From: the human T2T-CHM13v2.0 reference genome, Homo sapiens
NCBI RefSeq assembly: GCF_009914755.1
Contig: NC_060926.1
Reading direction: 5' to 3' (one strand)
Length of the DNA: 64,000 bases
Part shown: positions 1 to 13,829 of the stretch, in pieces
How the letters are laid out: each line of letters opens with the position of its first letter
Numbering within the stretch: position 1 is the first letter of the stretch
Notes under the pieces: model-generated
Databases searched by the model: none
What the model saw: the letters and a program-made list of their open reading frames with translations, nothing else
Told to the model about the DNA's origin: nothing
Translations under genes and position numbers: made by a program

Positions 1-239
1 CATTTATTCTGTAGGAGATGAAAAGTATGTAAGTTATGATAATAAGAGAAAGATTGCATTTGTTTATGTCACTCTCTTCACAAAATTTGCATTATTTTAC
101 TGATATATAATATAGTAGAATCATAAAATATGTATACACTTTATAAAAATATAGAGTGTCAGAGAGCTTAATATATTTTTACCAGTAAGATGAAGACTGA
201 ACATGAAGATATGCAATTAATTAAGTTTGGGGACTACAT

Positions 240-330
240 TGATTTAGAGGAAGAATTTGAGAAATAGAGATGAAAGAAGGCAGTTAGGAGGGTATTGCAA
301 GAATCCGGAGATAATTACAGACTAAACTAA
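240..330 (-). mobile_element. L2 LINE internal fragment, highly decayed
   Basis: ggcagttaggagggtattgcaagaatccggagat resembles the recalled antisense L2 stretch 'ccagttaggaggctattgcagtagtccaggtgagagat'. Confidence 0.45.
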
Positions 331-349
331 AAGAAAAACAAAAAACAAT

Positions 350-1335
350 CTCCAGTTGAGTCATCCTGTAAGTCATCCTATGAGGCCTTGGACTCCAGGA
401 TCTTTCCTGGATGGCCCCAGCTATGATATAACTTATGACATCTGGTGGTTGAGCATCATGTCAGGGCACCTCTGCATTCATGCGTTAAACATCGTTACAG
501 CTCTCCATGACTTTAGGTTATTTAGACAATGCATTTTGTTTTCTGCTGTCTCCAAGTCTGTCAGTCCACACAGAGACACTATTTTTGCTGCTTTCCTGTG
601 CCCTATGGGCCAGCAGAAATCTGGAGAACTGCATAGCCCTTTGTTCCTATCAAGTTCATAATGTTGCCACAAGGTTACAGACAGTAAGCAGGAACAAGTT
701 CTCTCTTCTTATATGTAGATATCTATTTGAAGGTTTTTGTCACTTCCCAGGTTTTGGTCTGAGAGGAATGAGGGTGAAGTTATCTAAGGGGAGCTAGCTC
801 TCTTTAGTACAAGGATGCAAGATGGGTAGAGAAGGAATTGTCAACTGGCAGAGAAAAAGAAAGAAAAGAGAAAGTAATAAAGAAAAAAATAAAGCATCTA
901 GTGCTCATTTTCAGGGACTCACAATTTCTTAAGTTGGATTCCAATTTCAACTTTAGAAAAACCCGTGACATGTGTGACCTGTGGCCTGTGGCAGTTGTGT
1001 CATTGCAGCAACCATAATCGTACAACAAATTACCTTTTAGCCTTTCCATAAACCTTTATGGATAAATGAAAGTATTCACTCTAATTTGATACACAAAGAT
1101 AATGCTTAACTGTCCAGTAACCCAATGAAATCAGAGTCCATCACAAATTTCTCCATCATTGGAAGATTGAACTTGTCAAAAATGTTTCAATAGGTCACCG
1201 GGTCCATAATACATCCATAATAGAACCAGTTGTTTTATTTCTCAATTTTTCTTTACTGGTAGTAGTGTTTTGAGAATTTCAAGAAGTCATTTGGACTTTG
1301 ACCATAAGGCCAAAGATATCAAGAGTGTTGTTATT
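350..1335 (-). mobile_element. Possible decayed ERV1-class internal sequence (integrase/env-like remnant)
   Basis: The minus strand near 1205-1160 reads ggtgacctattgaaacatttttgacaagttcaatcttcc, reminiscent of the integrase GPFEHLQxDFxxLP region. It is followed by a hydrophobic signal-peptide-like stretch (ORF 804-1049, CFIFFFITFSFLSFSL). The similarity is weak. Confidence 0.3.
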
Positions 1336-1794
1336 TTTTTTTTCTGAGTTGCAGATAGTGCATTGGCATTTATATGTTTTAAAATAGAGTTCATCTTGCT
1401 ATGCATATTTTCTATGAAGTAACAGCAGTAAATCAAAGTGCAGTAAAGAAGAGTAGATTTATTTGGTTAGTGGTAGTAAACCTATAGCTTTGAGAAAATA
1501 TTTTTAAAGTCTATCAGTTACTAATCATTTTCAAAATTGCTTCACACCATAATAATTTGACCAAGCTTGATTATTACTATAAGTTCTTTCTAAAAAATGA
1601 AGGAAAGTAGAATGGGAAAAACACATTTTTAAATTACATTTTTAAGGTATTCCCAATATTTATTATATCCTAAGACAGAAATACCATTAGAGGGGGGCTT
1701 TGGAACCGCAATAGTTTATAATTCCCAATCTCTTTTGAAATTTATGCAAAATCAACAATATGATAACTAAGGATTAGCTAGTAAGCTATTTGTT

Positions 1795-1895
1795 GATTTA
1801 ACAAATATTTATTGAATGTATTGCATATTAGGCTCTGTTTTCTTGTGCTAAAATACTGCAACAAATATAGTAGATAAAGCTCTGCCCTCAGTTGT
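1795..1895 (-). mobile_element. L2 3' end
   Basis: atttaacaaatatttattgaatg...ctgccctcag matches the reverse complement of the L2 3' terminus. Confidence 0.6.
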
Positions 1896-1994
1896 TTAGA
1901 CAGACAATGATTTGATCGGAGCGTGATATGTTAAACTTTCAAGTTAAAGCTAACGTGAATCAACTGCCTACAATGGGCAGGTTGAAATCATAGG

Positions 1995-2155
1995 TGCTCT
2001 CAACCACATACACAATAATGATATAAAGTGTAATTATTCCAAATTTACAATTGAAGAAACTGAGGTACAAATAGATTAAAAATATTATAAGGTTTGTATG
2101 TAACTGAGCCAGAGTTAAAACCTTCTTTCTTTCTCTAAGGCTCATGCTCCTACTC
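1995..2155 (-). mobile_element. MIR SINE
   Basis: MIR core-like attattccaaatttacaattgaagaaactgaggtaca, followed by gagccagagttaaaacc...aaggctcatgctc. Confidence 0.65.
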
Positions 2156-3910
2156 TTACATGATCCTCATGCCTCTATGCTCCAAAATTATTATTTTCTT
2201 TAAAAAAGCTAGCTGCCTATTGGATGTGGCAGCTATTTCTGTGTTATTTTCAGGTTGAGGCCTTTGTAAGTGGCCTGTAAAACAAATGAAACTGGTTAGC
2301 ATTTTTCAGCAGCTATTAGAATTGTCTGTGCAAGATGTTTTGCTAAAAAATACCCTAAATTGCAAGAAATGAAACTTCTTTCTCATTGTGGTCTTTCATT
2401 TCCACTAAACAACACTCTTATCTGGATACCAGAAAGAAAACAGGCTAAAAAAAAAAATAGACTGATCCACTGGAATGTCATTTGTTTCATCAAAGAAGTT
2501 ATACAGGTGTACCTCCATGATCAAACTACATCACATCTTAGAATGAGAGTTTGATCAACTACCAGAGTGAATGGTCCCTGGTAAAAACTAAAACTATCTC
2601 CTACAGCCAAGCATTGTAAGTGACTTTAATAACCTACTTTATGGAATATTAGTAGACATCTGATTCTATTCTATGCAGCATACAAAGAAAAGAAAGTTTA
2701 ACTTCTTTCCCTTTCTTAAATCTCTTTATGAGACAGAGTTTATAAAAATGAGAAAAACATTGCTAATGAAATATGAACACAAGTGATACTGATTGTAGAT
2801 GAGCGGTGATGACTGAAATATAATTCAGATGTTGTATTCACTGTATGGAATATTGCAGTGTAACAGCCAGAACAGCATATAGAATTTGTACTAAATCAAT
2901 GACATATAAAGGTAAGTAAATTCAGTAGTTCTATATGATGGCCAAGTTCACCAATAAATAATCTAACCTAATAATAACTATGTTAAGAAAGCAAATAAAC
3001 AGTGAAAAAACCAACCTACCCTGAATACATATGCTATCACCTTCTACCTGCTGCATTTTATAGCAAACAGTCATAGAAAATATGTTTAGAAAAAGCCTGT
3101 TAAAAATAACATTTGAATGGTAAGAAAAAAGAAGTAAATATAATAGATTTCAATTTACCTAAACTCAATCTCATTTTTGGATTTCTAAAAAATGGGCTGG
3201 ACTGCAGGATAGACATATGGAATGTCTAGGTCATATGGAAATTGAAGACAATATACAATGAGAAGAACTTCATTTTGATTAAATTTGCCTTTTTAAACAG
3301 AAAGGAAATATACTTTTCCATAGTGATTTATTTAGTTTGCCTAGTCCAGGAATAATTGTATTTCTACCAAACAGAAAGAAGAGGAAAAGCAGTGCATTAA
3401 TTTCACATATCTGTTTATTGTAGACTTTAACTGTGTTACAAGACCTTTCAAATCTCAAATAGAGTGAGACAAATAAAACAAGGGTGCTGGGTTCATTAGC
3501 ATTTAATGAATAACAAATTAGCTTGCCTGGGCTAGTAATCTGAATTAGTCTTTCTCCTGAGTTTTCATTTATGTTATCTTCTTTCATGCAAATTAAGGAA
3601 CTACACAAACACAATTAGATGTGGCAGCTATATCTGTAGCAAGTAACAGGAAATGCGCTTTACAAAATGAATTATAGATATATTTCTTCTCTTACTAACA
3701 ACAATCAAACACTGCACTTCAAGCGCATTTTAGACTTCTTTTCATCATCTCCTGTAAGTTGGAGGATAAGGTAATATAAAGTAAATGTTTTTAAGACAAT
3801 GAATTTAGTTGTTTTCCCCATTCTATTTTCTCTTATGAATAGTTGATTTCATGAAGTCTTGGGGGAGTAGTACTTTCGAGCATTTCTGCTGAATCCAAGG
3901 TTGTACTCAC

Positions 3911-4115
3911 CTAGAATCTACAACTCCCACCAAGCACAGCCCAGTAAGCACAACTGTATGGTTCCCACTTGCCCACATGATTTAGCTTTATGCCCTTGGC
4001 AACAAAAGTTGGGCTCTTTAAACAAAAATAAAACTTGTTTCAGTTCTTCAGCAATACACTTTTCAAACATAAATAAAAAGCAGCTGCATCGTGGCACAAC
4101 TGGCTCCAGGTGAAA
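3911..4115 (-). other. Candidate spliced exon (205 nt) in non-repetitive sequence, probably non-coding
   Basis: Minus strand has acceptor ttttgcttactttacag|TTTC at 4116/4115 and donor TAG|gtgagt at 3911/3910. No transcript evidence is available. Confidence 0.3.
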
Positions 4116-5166
4116 CTGTAAAGTAAGCAAAACTTGTCTACAGCTGTTGTAATATTGTTCCACTTCTGTAAAAATGTTCCAGGCATTAAATTTACTTTAC
4201 TTGAACATTGACTCATTTTGCGTATGTTAAATAATTTAATTCTCTCCATAACTTTATGAAATAAGATCAGCTAAACCAGAAATTTTAATTCAGAAAAGTA
4301 TGTGGTAACCTACTGCACAGTCAGTAAATGATAGACTCAGTGCTTAAACACAAATCTGAATAACTCCAAAAGATGTGTTCTTGCCTCTTTATCACACTGC
4401 CTGCCGGGAAACTGGGCTTTTCACAAATTTTTGGACGTGGTAATTTGTAGTGTGGCTTACCTCCTGGGTCCAGTTCTTTAACTAGGTTAATACTATTGGC
4501 CCTACTTGTGTCTCTCCTCCTTTAAACCTAGAAGACCTATGTCAGCCAATATTAAAACCTACTTTGATGTACTGTAGTTGCTGATTTTTAAGCAGCTTCT
4601 ATAAGTAGGGGGTTATTTTAGCATCAAAGGGCATGGTTTCTGTGCTAAAGTAGTTTGGAGTCTAGAGGGGTAACATATAGATGAAGAACTTCTGGAGAGT
4701 GTTATTAAGATGAAGGTAAAGGTATTCGGGGAAGGCTGTGGAAGAAAAGTCTAATCCTTTCTGCAGGTTTCTGCCAATGTCCAGGGAAAAAGTCTACTCA
4801 TGGTCATCTCTGGCTCCAATGCCATGACTATTTCTTTGTTCAGCACCTTGACAACATTATTTTTTCCAATAACACAAATACGAAACCCAGCTTTATTTCT
4901 TTATGTAACTACACACAATAAAATACAACTGCCATCCTAATCCTGAATGTGTAACATTATAACTAAGTAAAGAGAAGAGTTAACTCAAAACAAAATGAGC
5001 AATGTTAATCAAGTATTACACATTTTTTTCTTAAAGATTCTTCAACCATTGTTCACTGGGTCCTTACTATACCCCACTCAGTCTTCTTTCCCTCTCTTCT
5101 TTCTTTAATTTTCCCCCAACATCCCTTTTTTCCTGTTTGTCGTGCCAATTTGAAATCTGATGAGCA

Positions 5167-5455
5167 GGCCAAAATGGGAGGATCACCTGAGCCCAGGAGT
5201 TAGAGAGCAGCCTGGGCAACATAGGGAGACCCCATCTTTACAAAGATTAATTGAAAAATATTAGCCAGACAAAGTTGTGCATGTAGTCCCAGCTGCTGAA
5301 GAAGCTGAAGTGGGAGGATGGCTTGAGCCCAGGAACTCAAGGCTGCAGTGAGGAGCTGATATCCTGCCACCGCACTCTAGCCTGGGTGACAGAGCAAGAC
5401 CCTATCCCTGAAAAAAAAAAAGAAAAAAAGAAAAAAGAGAAAGAAAAGAAAAGAA
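5167..5455 (+). mobile_element. AluJ-type SINE, 5'-truncated, with A/GAAAA tail
   Basis: J-type diagnostics ggatcacctgagcccaggag, cagcctgggcaacatagggagacccc and gcttgagcccaggaactcaaggctgcagtgag; A-rich tail 5411-5455. Confidence 0.92.
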
Positions 5456-5544
5456 ATCCAACAAGCTAGTTTAGTGTGTTTGTGTGTGTATCTTCCAGTA
5501 GGACATTATATCATCATATTCTCCTAAGCACAAGCTCTTTCTCC

Positions 5545-5860
5545 CTAATAGAAACTTTGATGATAGCTCTTGAAGCTACATAAGTAGGTAGGGTCTCTCT
5601 AAGGAGAATATATATATAAAAAAGAAGACAAACAGCAAATTTATAGGAGTGGCCCATGTATGACAGAAAAGGATAAAAATGAGCTTATACAGATTGGTGA
5701 GTTTCACGGAGCCAAAAAAAAAGAAAAATTTTCAGGGAAGAAGACTGAGTAAACAGTGTCAACTGCAAGAGAGATGAAGGACAAGAGGGAAAACAGGACA
5801 TTGCCTCTGGCAATGTGACAGGTATAGTTATTGCTGACTTCAGCATAAACAGTTTCAATA
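5545..5860 (-). mobile_element. L2 internal fragment
   Basis: gtttcacggagccaaaa...cagtgtcaactgc...acagtttcaat resembles the antisense L2 consensus. Confidence 0.55.
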
Positions 5861-5993
5861 TCATATGTAATGCTGACCAACTGTTATATAGATTTATCCT
5901 AAAGATAAATACTGTTCACAGTGAAAGAGTTTTTGTTTGTTTGTATATTTTAAGCTCAGGTTAAAATAAAACAGAGCTTGGATAATATCTTAG

Positions 5994-6313
<320 letters not shown>

Positions 6314-6673
6314 TAGCATTTTTTTTTTTAAAGAACTCCAGGTATAACTATAGCTTTCACAAGATAAGTGCACACACACAATCCCCTTTATCTTGAATAA
6401 AATGAATAATTTTATTCCTGCATACAATTTCAATTGTCATATTTTTTTAGAATTTAAAAACATCTTTCTTATAATTGAAGCATGAAAAATGTAATAAAGA
6501 CTTTAATCATAACAATTAATGAAAACAGAGGGCATTTATATATGTGAAAAATAAATTAGGAATATTATTCGCAATATAAACATAACATTCTTGATTCACT
6601 ATTATACCTCTTTACTCTTGAAATGATTATGGATGATGAAGATGTGGAGATAACAGAAGCTCTGAGAAGCTGT

Positions 6674-6707
6674 CTACATATATATATATATATATATATA
6701 TATGTAG
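6674..6707. repeat. Perfect 34-bp palindrome CTAC(AT)13GTAG
   Basis: Read directly from the sequence. Confidence 0.95.
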
Positions 6708-6716
6708 CCAAATAGA

Positions 6717-6844
6717 CTAATAGAAACTTTTATAATAGCTCTTGAAGCTACATAAGTAGGTAAGGTCTCTCTAAGAAGAATACAAAAAAAAAAAAAGAAA
6801 ACAAATTTATAGGAGTGGTCCATGTATGACAGAAAAGGATAAAA
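6717..6844 (+). repeat. Dispersed direct copy of 5545-5678
   Basis: Hand alignment gives two blocks, 62/66 and 42/43 identical, separated by a variable A/TA tract. Confidence 0.95.
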
Positions 6845-6872
6845 TACATATATAGTCTCTGTATATATAGAC

Positions 6873-6876
<4 letters not shown>

Positions 6877-6917
<41 letters not shown>
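6877..6917. repeat. (TA)n microsatellite, about 20 units
   Basis: Read directly from the sequence. Confidence 0.97.
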
Positions 6918-6920
<3 letters not shown>

Positions 6921-7216
6921 CAAATTTGGCAGCCATTTTTATTTGGCAAATTGTCTATTCACATAGATTAACTTATATACCTTATTAAAATCCCTCCTTA
7001 ATTCTTTATACATTTTTAAAATTTTATTTAATTGTTCCTTTTTCTCATTTTTATTTTCCTAAGTTAATCAAGTAGCTAATTAACTTTTTCTCTCTTTTGT
7101 TAAAATGAACTTCTGTTTCATGTATTTTAATTTTATTTCCAATGTCCTTCCCTTTCTTAGTATTTATAACCTAATACATTTCTCTTCCTTCATATTTTTT
7201 TCAATCCCTATCCCCC

Positions 7217-7588
7217 TGTATTAGTTCGCTAGAGATGCCAAAACAAAATTATGTAGACAGGGTGGCTGAAATAATATAAATTCATTTTCTCACATTTCTG
7301 GAGGCTGGAAGTCCATGATCAAGGTGCCAACACAGTTGATTCCTCCTGAGGCCTTTCTCCTTGGCTTGAAGAGGGCTGCATTTTCATGTCCTCCTGTAGC
7401 CTTTTCCCTGTATAAGTGCATCCCTGTTGTCTCTTTCCCTTTTTAGGACATCAGGCCTATTGGATTAGGACTCCCAGCCTTATCACCTCATTTAACCCTA
7501 ATTACTACCTTAAAGTTTCTATCTCCAAATAAAGTCATATAATGGCTTCAAGTTATGTGCTTTGGGGTACACAATTTGATCCATAACA
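7217..7588 (-). mobile_element. MaLR solo LTR, MLT1B-like
   Basis: Ends tgtattagtt...ccataaca; contains ctggaggctggaagtccatgatcaaggtgcca and cctattggattagg, typical of MLT1A/B. Confidence 0.85.
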
Positions 7589-9249
7589 TCTTATATATTC
7601 CATCTGTGAGATCTTCACAATGTTTTTACTTCTGCTATCTCTTACCCTGACTCTGGGGGTAAACTTGAAATACTTTAATTATCCACTTACTCTTACTTCA
7701 CTTTTGATAAAATGGCTTAATCCTTTAAAATATTTTTTTGTTTAAGAATCCCTTTTATTTCAAGAATACTTAGGCTTCAACTTTGGCAGAGTCTGTTCAG
7801 TTACGTTTACATATTTGTATCTGCAAGGTTCACTGCTCAATACTTCTCCTTTCACTTCAATTGCCCATCTTAAAGACCTTTGTCTTTTGTTGTTTGGTTA
7901 AACCTTTTATTAGAGTACCCTTTTTGGATGGTGTAAATGGGAAATAGATTAACTGAAACCCTTTATCTAAGCAAATGTCTTCCATTCTAACCAGTGAATA
8001 ATGATGTATATCGGTTAATAATCCTCACATTGATATTTTATTCTCTGGGTAATCTCTACATGTCATTCTACTGTGTTCTGTTTTCTAGTGTGGCAAGATG
8101 ACAAGCTCAATGCTTTTTTTTTTTCTTTCTTTTAATGGCTAACTTTATTTCTGTTTGAAGCCTTGTTCACAAAGTTGGTTTTTGTATAACAGTACATAAT
8201 TGCATTGTCAATGAGCAATTTGGGGAATTTCATTCCATTTGGCCTCCACAACATTTATTCATGTCTCAGTAATAACTCTTCTTTTCTTTAGATCATCTTC
8301 TAAAATTTTGAAAAATTATAAAATTTTTGAAGTTTTATAAAACAATGTGTTGATTTGGTGTTTTTGTTAGGCTGGTTGTGTATATTAATCTCCTTAAGGG
8401 CTCTTGCTATTTTTCCAAAATAGCAGCTCCCAATACATCTATTTAATTAGGGACCTTTTCTGATAGGTGTGCTCAATATTCTCTAGGTCACTACTGAGTG
8501 CCTTTTCTGTATCTGCTCATTGAGGTTTAATTTTAGTGGCTACTGTCGTTAAGGTACAGAAGTTCACAGAGTGATTGAGGCTCAGTGGACTCTGCTCCTA
8601 GGATAGCATTATAGCTGTGGGGAATTCCTCAGTGCCTACTAAATCACCAAAAGACTTCTTTGCTCCATGCTCTCCTCCCACCTTTCCAGCTGCAGGAAGT
8701 GAGATAACCCTTCACATTTTCTGGCAAATACCCAAGCTTTTGAGAATCAGGGAGAATGAATACATCTAAAGAAGCCACAGCTGACCTTTCCTAAAGTGTG
8801 CAAGATCTCTCTGGTCCTAGGAGGATTTACTACTTTCTTATCCTAGTCCTGTCAATCTTCTACCCTGTTCTCCAGTCTCTCATCAGGATCAGAGGGGAAA
8901 GTATCCTGCAGTGGCTCTCTTGGTTACATTCCCCAGATTTGACCTGACTACTGGAGACAAGAGTAGAGGATGGCTGAAAGAGAATTTGGGGGAGGAAGTG
9001 CAGGTAGGACATATTCAGGTTGCCAGTTTCTAGAATCCCTATACCTTTTGAAAGATCTAACTTTTACTATAACATCTACATGACTGCATTTGTTATTAGC
9101 ATATATTGAAATTAGGTTATTCATAATTGTTCATTTGCTTATGCTTCATTGTATGCATTATTATTTCACAAGGAAAACACTGCTTGTTAAATGATGTTCT
9201 GGATATTCAGTATTACAAAAAAGAATATTATTGTTATGCTTGTTTCTCT

Positions 9250-9645
9250 TGTGTTTGGCCAAATGCCCACCAAATACCTGCTAACATAACTTGACAGAAT
9301 CTTAATGAGGGTTCTCTCCTTTTCCCAGACCCCTGAACTTTGTCCCATCCTTGAGCTTGAGCACTGAAAGGTAAAACAATGCCTTATTCACAGGCTCTGC
9401 TGAGAATCAGCTGACTGGAAAAAATAATTTGTCTCCAGTTCCTTTATCATGCCACCTGCTACCCCACTCCTCCATATGTAGTTCTTTCCTGTCTTGTTAT
9501 TACTTATCTCTATAAAAGAGGTAAGTCCTTTTCTCCTTTACTTGAAGACACTTTGGGATATTATGGTTACAGCATTCTCCCTTTGTAATAGTCTTTTATA
9601 TGGTGCCTTAGCTTATATAAGTCTAGACTTCTTTTTATTTTGATA
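9250..9645 (+). mobile_element. Probable old ERV1-type LTR remnant (family not assigned)
   Basis: TATA-like ctataaaag at about 9510, then agcattctccctttgtaatagtc...aagtctagacttctttttattttga, resembling the R/U5 of MER4-group LTRs. Confidence 0.4.
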
Positions 9646-9894
9646 TATTAAAATTGTTTATATGCTGAGTTGACCTTGAATAAAGTTAGGAGAAACACTT
9701 TTGAGGAAATAAAAGATAGTTGTGTTGAAGAGAGATTTCAGTACTACACTGAAATCTTTAATTTAAAAAGATGAAGAATTTTAGAATGTAAACTAGCATT
9801 TTAATGTTGACAAAAAGCAGCTAAATAATTCAACTAACTATTATTGAGTATCTACAGTGAGACAGAAAATGTATTTTATGCTTCCAAATACTTT

Positions 9895-10070
9895 ATCACC
9901 TTCAGGTTTCCCGTTAACTCTATGAAATCTTAGCCCATTTTCTCTAAGAAGAAAATGAAGCTCGGAGATACAGTCATAATATGGTTTGACCGAGGTCATA
10001 CAGCTAGCAGTAATGTGGACGGTTGCCATTTGAATGCAAGTCTCAGGATGACAAGCCAAATGCTGTTTAC
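9895..10070 (-). mobile_element. MIR SINE
   Basis: cccattttctctaagaagaaaatgaagctcggaga...gaggtcatacagctag...atttgaatgcaagtct follows the antisense MIR layout. Confidence 0.7.
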
Positions 10071-11272
10071 ACACAACAGCTGCAGCACAAAATGTGTATA
10101 CCAATTGCTTGTAAAAGGGGAGGGGTGAGCTGCTTTGTATAATATTGAAAGTTGAACACTTTCAAAGTCATCTGGGGATCTACAGGCTTAGAGAATGTTG
10201 TCATTAAATGAACAAACAAAATACATTAAGAACACTGAGGGAAGTTTTTCTCCACATACAAAAGATGACCCTACTTATGTATATTTTGCAGTTTTTCCAT
10301 TTGCTGGTGGTATTTAAGAGAACCGAGAATCCTATTTTAAGCCTGTGAGGTATTTTGGAAGTTTGCCGCAGAATTATTCTTCCTTTACTTGTAACAACTT
10401 TTGCTTTATATCCTGCTATTATTTGAAAAAAAAGTATGAAATATTTCAAGTGTTTTGAAAACCGGTGCTGGTTACATCTGATTCTTACTCAAAACTAATT
10501 TGTGTAGAAATCAAGGACTAAAGAAAACCTTTTGTGTGTATGTTAACACCTCTTGGTGTTCTTAAGTCTTCCCTACTTTATAAAAGAAGCAATAAATTAT
10601 TTAGATCTAGTCAACAAAAAGAGTAATCATTTATCTTGACAAGATTGTAAATAGGTAGTCTTACATTTCAAAGTCATGGGTGCTGTGGCTCAATGAGGCA
10701 ATTTCTCCAGTCTGTGTTAGACTGAGAGGTAACCACCACAGCTAGAATACAGGCCTTGGACTTTGGATCTGTTGCAGTGATCAAGTCCAGTTCAAAGAAA
10801 AAAAAAATAGCTTCACAAAGACCACTTGTGGAGTAGTATACTTAGAATAATAAAATCATCTCTCTATTTCTTTCCTCCTCTTTCGTTCTTTTTATTAATA
10901 CTTTCTTTATCATTTCTGGTTTGTTTTCAGTAATGTGCACATTCTATTTAAAACTTAGTTTTACATATGCAAGCCTTATTTTGAGGAAACATGATATGGA
11001 AATTTTCAAGTGCTAAGGCCCAAGTATTTTCATTGGCTGCACATTTCAATAAATTGATTCTGTGATATATTTAAGTAGAATACTATTTAGTCTTAGAGAC
11101 TATATCTCTCCTAAGAGGATTCAATTGTTTTCATATTTCTACCCATTTACCATTTCATTGTGTCTTATTCATATTTTTATTTTATTTCAGTTTTAATGTT
11201 TTCCTTGAGTCATGTTAGGATGGCATCCTTTAAACTTTTCAGCAATTTCTTATGTCATGGAACAACCAAGGT

Positions 11273-11755
11273 CATTCATTCATTCACTCAATACATTTTT
11301 ATTAAGCATTTACTATGTAACAAGAACTGTCATACCCACTAGAAATTAAATAGTGTGTGTGTGGTGGGTAGATAATGTACCTATTCTCTTGAAGCTTACA
11401 CTCTCTTAAGGGAAAAAGACAAAAAATGAACAACAAATATACAATGTCCTATCAGCTGTAATGAATACTTTGCTGAAAAATATACAGGAGACAGAGATAT
11501 CATGCTCAGGTGGCAATGAGGAAACAAATATTTTAGCTAAGGTAGTTAGGAAAAGCATCTTCAATAGGAAAATATTTGAGCCCAGACCTAAAGTGACAGA
11601 GGTGGAAAAAACAAATGAACAAAACAACAACAACAACAAAATGCATTCTAGACAGAGGGAACAGAAAAAGTGGGAAGGTTCTGAGGTGGGAATGTCCTTG
11701 GTTTAATCGGTGAATATCAGCCAGAGTGGAAAATGCTACAGCTAAGTGAGAAATG
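11273..11755 (-). mobile_element. L2a 3' region
   Basis: Tail tcattcattcattcactcaatacatttttattaagcatttactatgt, then gagcccagacctaaag and cattctagacagagggaacag motifs. Confidence 0.8.
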
Positions 11756-11950
11756 AAAAGACTAATGATTTCTTAAATAGGTAAGTAGCTCGCATTAGAT
11801 CTTTGGTTAGAATTATACTGAGGTTAAGAATATGATCAATGAAAAACACGAACAGAGGACAGAAAGGTGATGAGACTTACTGAATCTAAGCCAGTGTGCT
11901 ACTGCGGCAGATCTAAAATCAAGAATGTTCCATTAAAAAAATTAAGCGTG

Positions 11951-12513
<563 letters not shown>

Positions 12514-12942
12514 TTATTATTTGCATTCAAAATAATAAATGTGTATAGGTGACCCTAAAAAATGTATTTTATTATGATATTTTTCTCCTTTTTTGTTCAA
12601 ATTATTATGCATTTTATTACATTTAGAGTTATAAATGATTATTTTGATATAATTTAGGAAAACATAGGAGGTCATATTTTGGCATTTAAATGACATTTCC
12701 ATGAACCCTTAATTTTCTGCTGTTTCTTATGAAAAATGTATCTTAATTAAATAATTCATAAATTTTTTTGGGAGAGCCAAGGCATCAGGAAATGGGTAGA
12801 GTGAATTCTCACAAGAATTACTGGGGAAATCACTATAAATACAGAAATATCATGTGTAAGATAAAAAAACTAGTGGAAACTTAAAATGTTGAACCAAAGT
12901 CACAAGCAATTAAGATGATTTTGCATACGAAATCCACATACT

Positions 12943-13231
12943 AAGTCCAAGGTTGAGGGGCTGCATCTGGTAAGCACTAGTGAGACTGTCTGCAGATTCC
13001 TGAGGTGGCACAGGCATCACAATGCAAGGGGACTCAGCCGACTGGCTCAGGTTTCTCTCCTCTTATAAGGCCACCAATGCCCTACCCTATGACCTCATCT
13101 AATTCTAGTTACCTCCCAAAGATCCAAGCTCTCAAATACCATAGTTGGATTTCCTACTCTCTTAATACTATTAACATAGGGATTAAGTTTCAACATGAGT
13201 TTCAGAGGGGACAAACATTCAAGCCATAGCA
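12943..13231 (-). mobile_element. MaLR LTR fragment (MST/MLT1A class)
   Basis: Ends ttcaacatgagtttcagaggggacaaacattcaagccatagca, the reverse complement of the MST/MLT1A 5' terminus. Confidence 0.8.
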
Positions 13232-13829
13232 AAATCCAATATTGGTAATTTAATTAATATTTTCTCCTCTAATAAACTCATGAGTAAATGCATATGTGTC
13301 TTTTAACCTATCATTTTATTCACTACCCAGTGCTCACAGAGTAGTAGCCAAATAAATCTGTGCATTTGAATCTGGCCTCAGCAGAATCTAACTTCCCATG
13401 TCACTCTTTCAATAATTCATATAGTTTAGGCCTCTTCCATTTTTTTCTGTTTCATAACCCAGCAATAGGACCTCACATAGGTGTCTAAGTACTGGTTTAA
13501 TCAGGCTTGCCTTGGACTTAGGTAAGAAAGAAATCTTATAATTTACCACAAAACCAAGATTCTAAGTCTGTTCTATTACTACCAAGTAAGAATCTAAAAT
13601 GACAGAAAATATAAAAATAAAAATAAAAATCCCAAACCACTTTGAGACGGAAAAGATATAATAGAGAAACTTTGAGATTGCAGAGATCAAGCAGAAATTC
13701 TGGCAGTGCTTTAAAGTCTTTATACCACCAAAATAACATAGGAAAATAGTGAATAGCTGACAAACCCAGGGTTAAAGACTGAAAATTACGTTCTAATATA
13801 AAATATTTTCCTCTAATATTTAGCAATAG

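Noticed and set aside
2790-2920. Plus-strand exon ending at the consensus donor AAG|GTAAGT (2912)
   Set aside because: No convincing polypyrimidine acceptor upstream; isolated donor motifs are common by chance.
10757-10789. Imperfect hairpin tggactttggatc...gatcaagtcca
   Set aside because: Short and gapped; compatible with chance and too small for a miRNA precursor.
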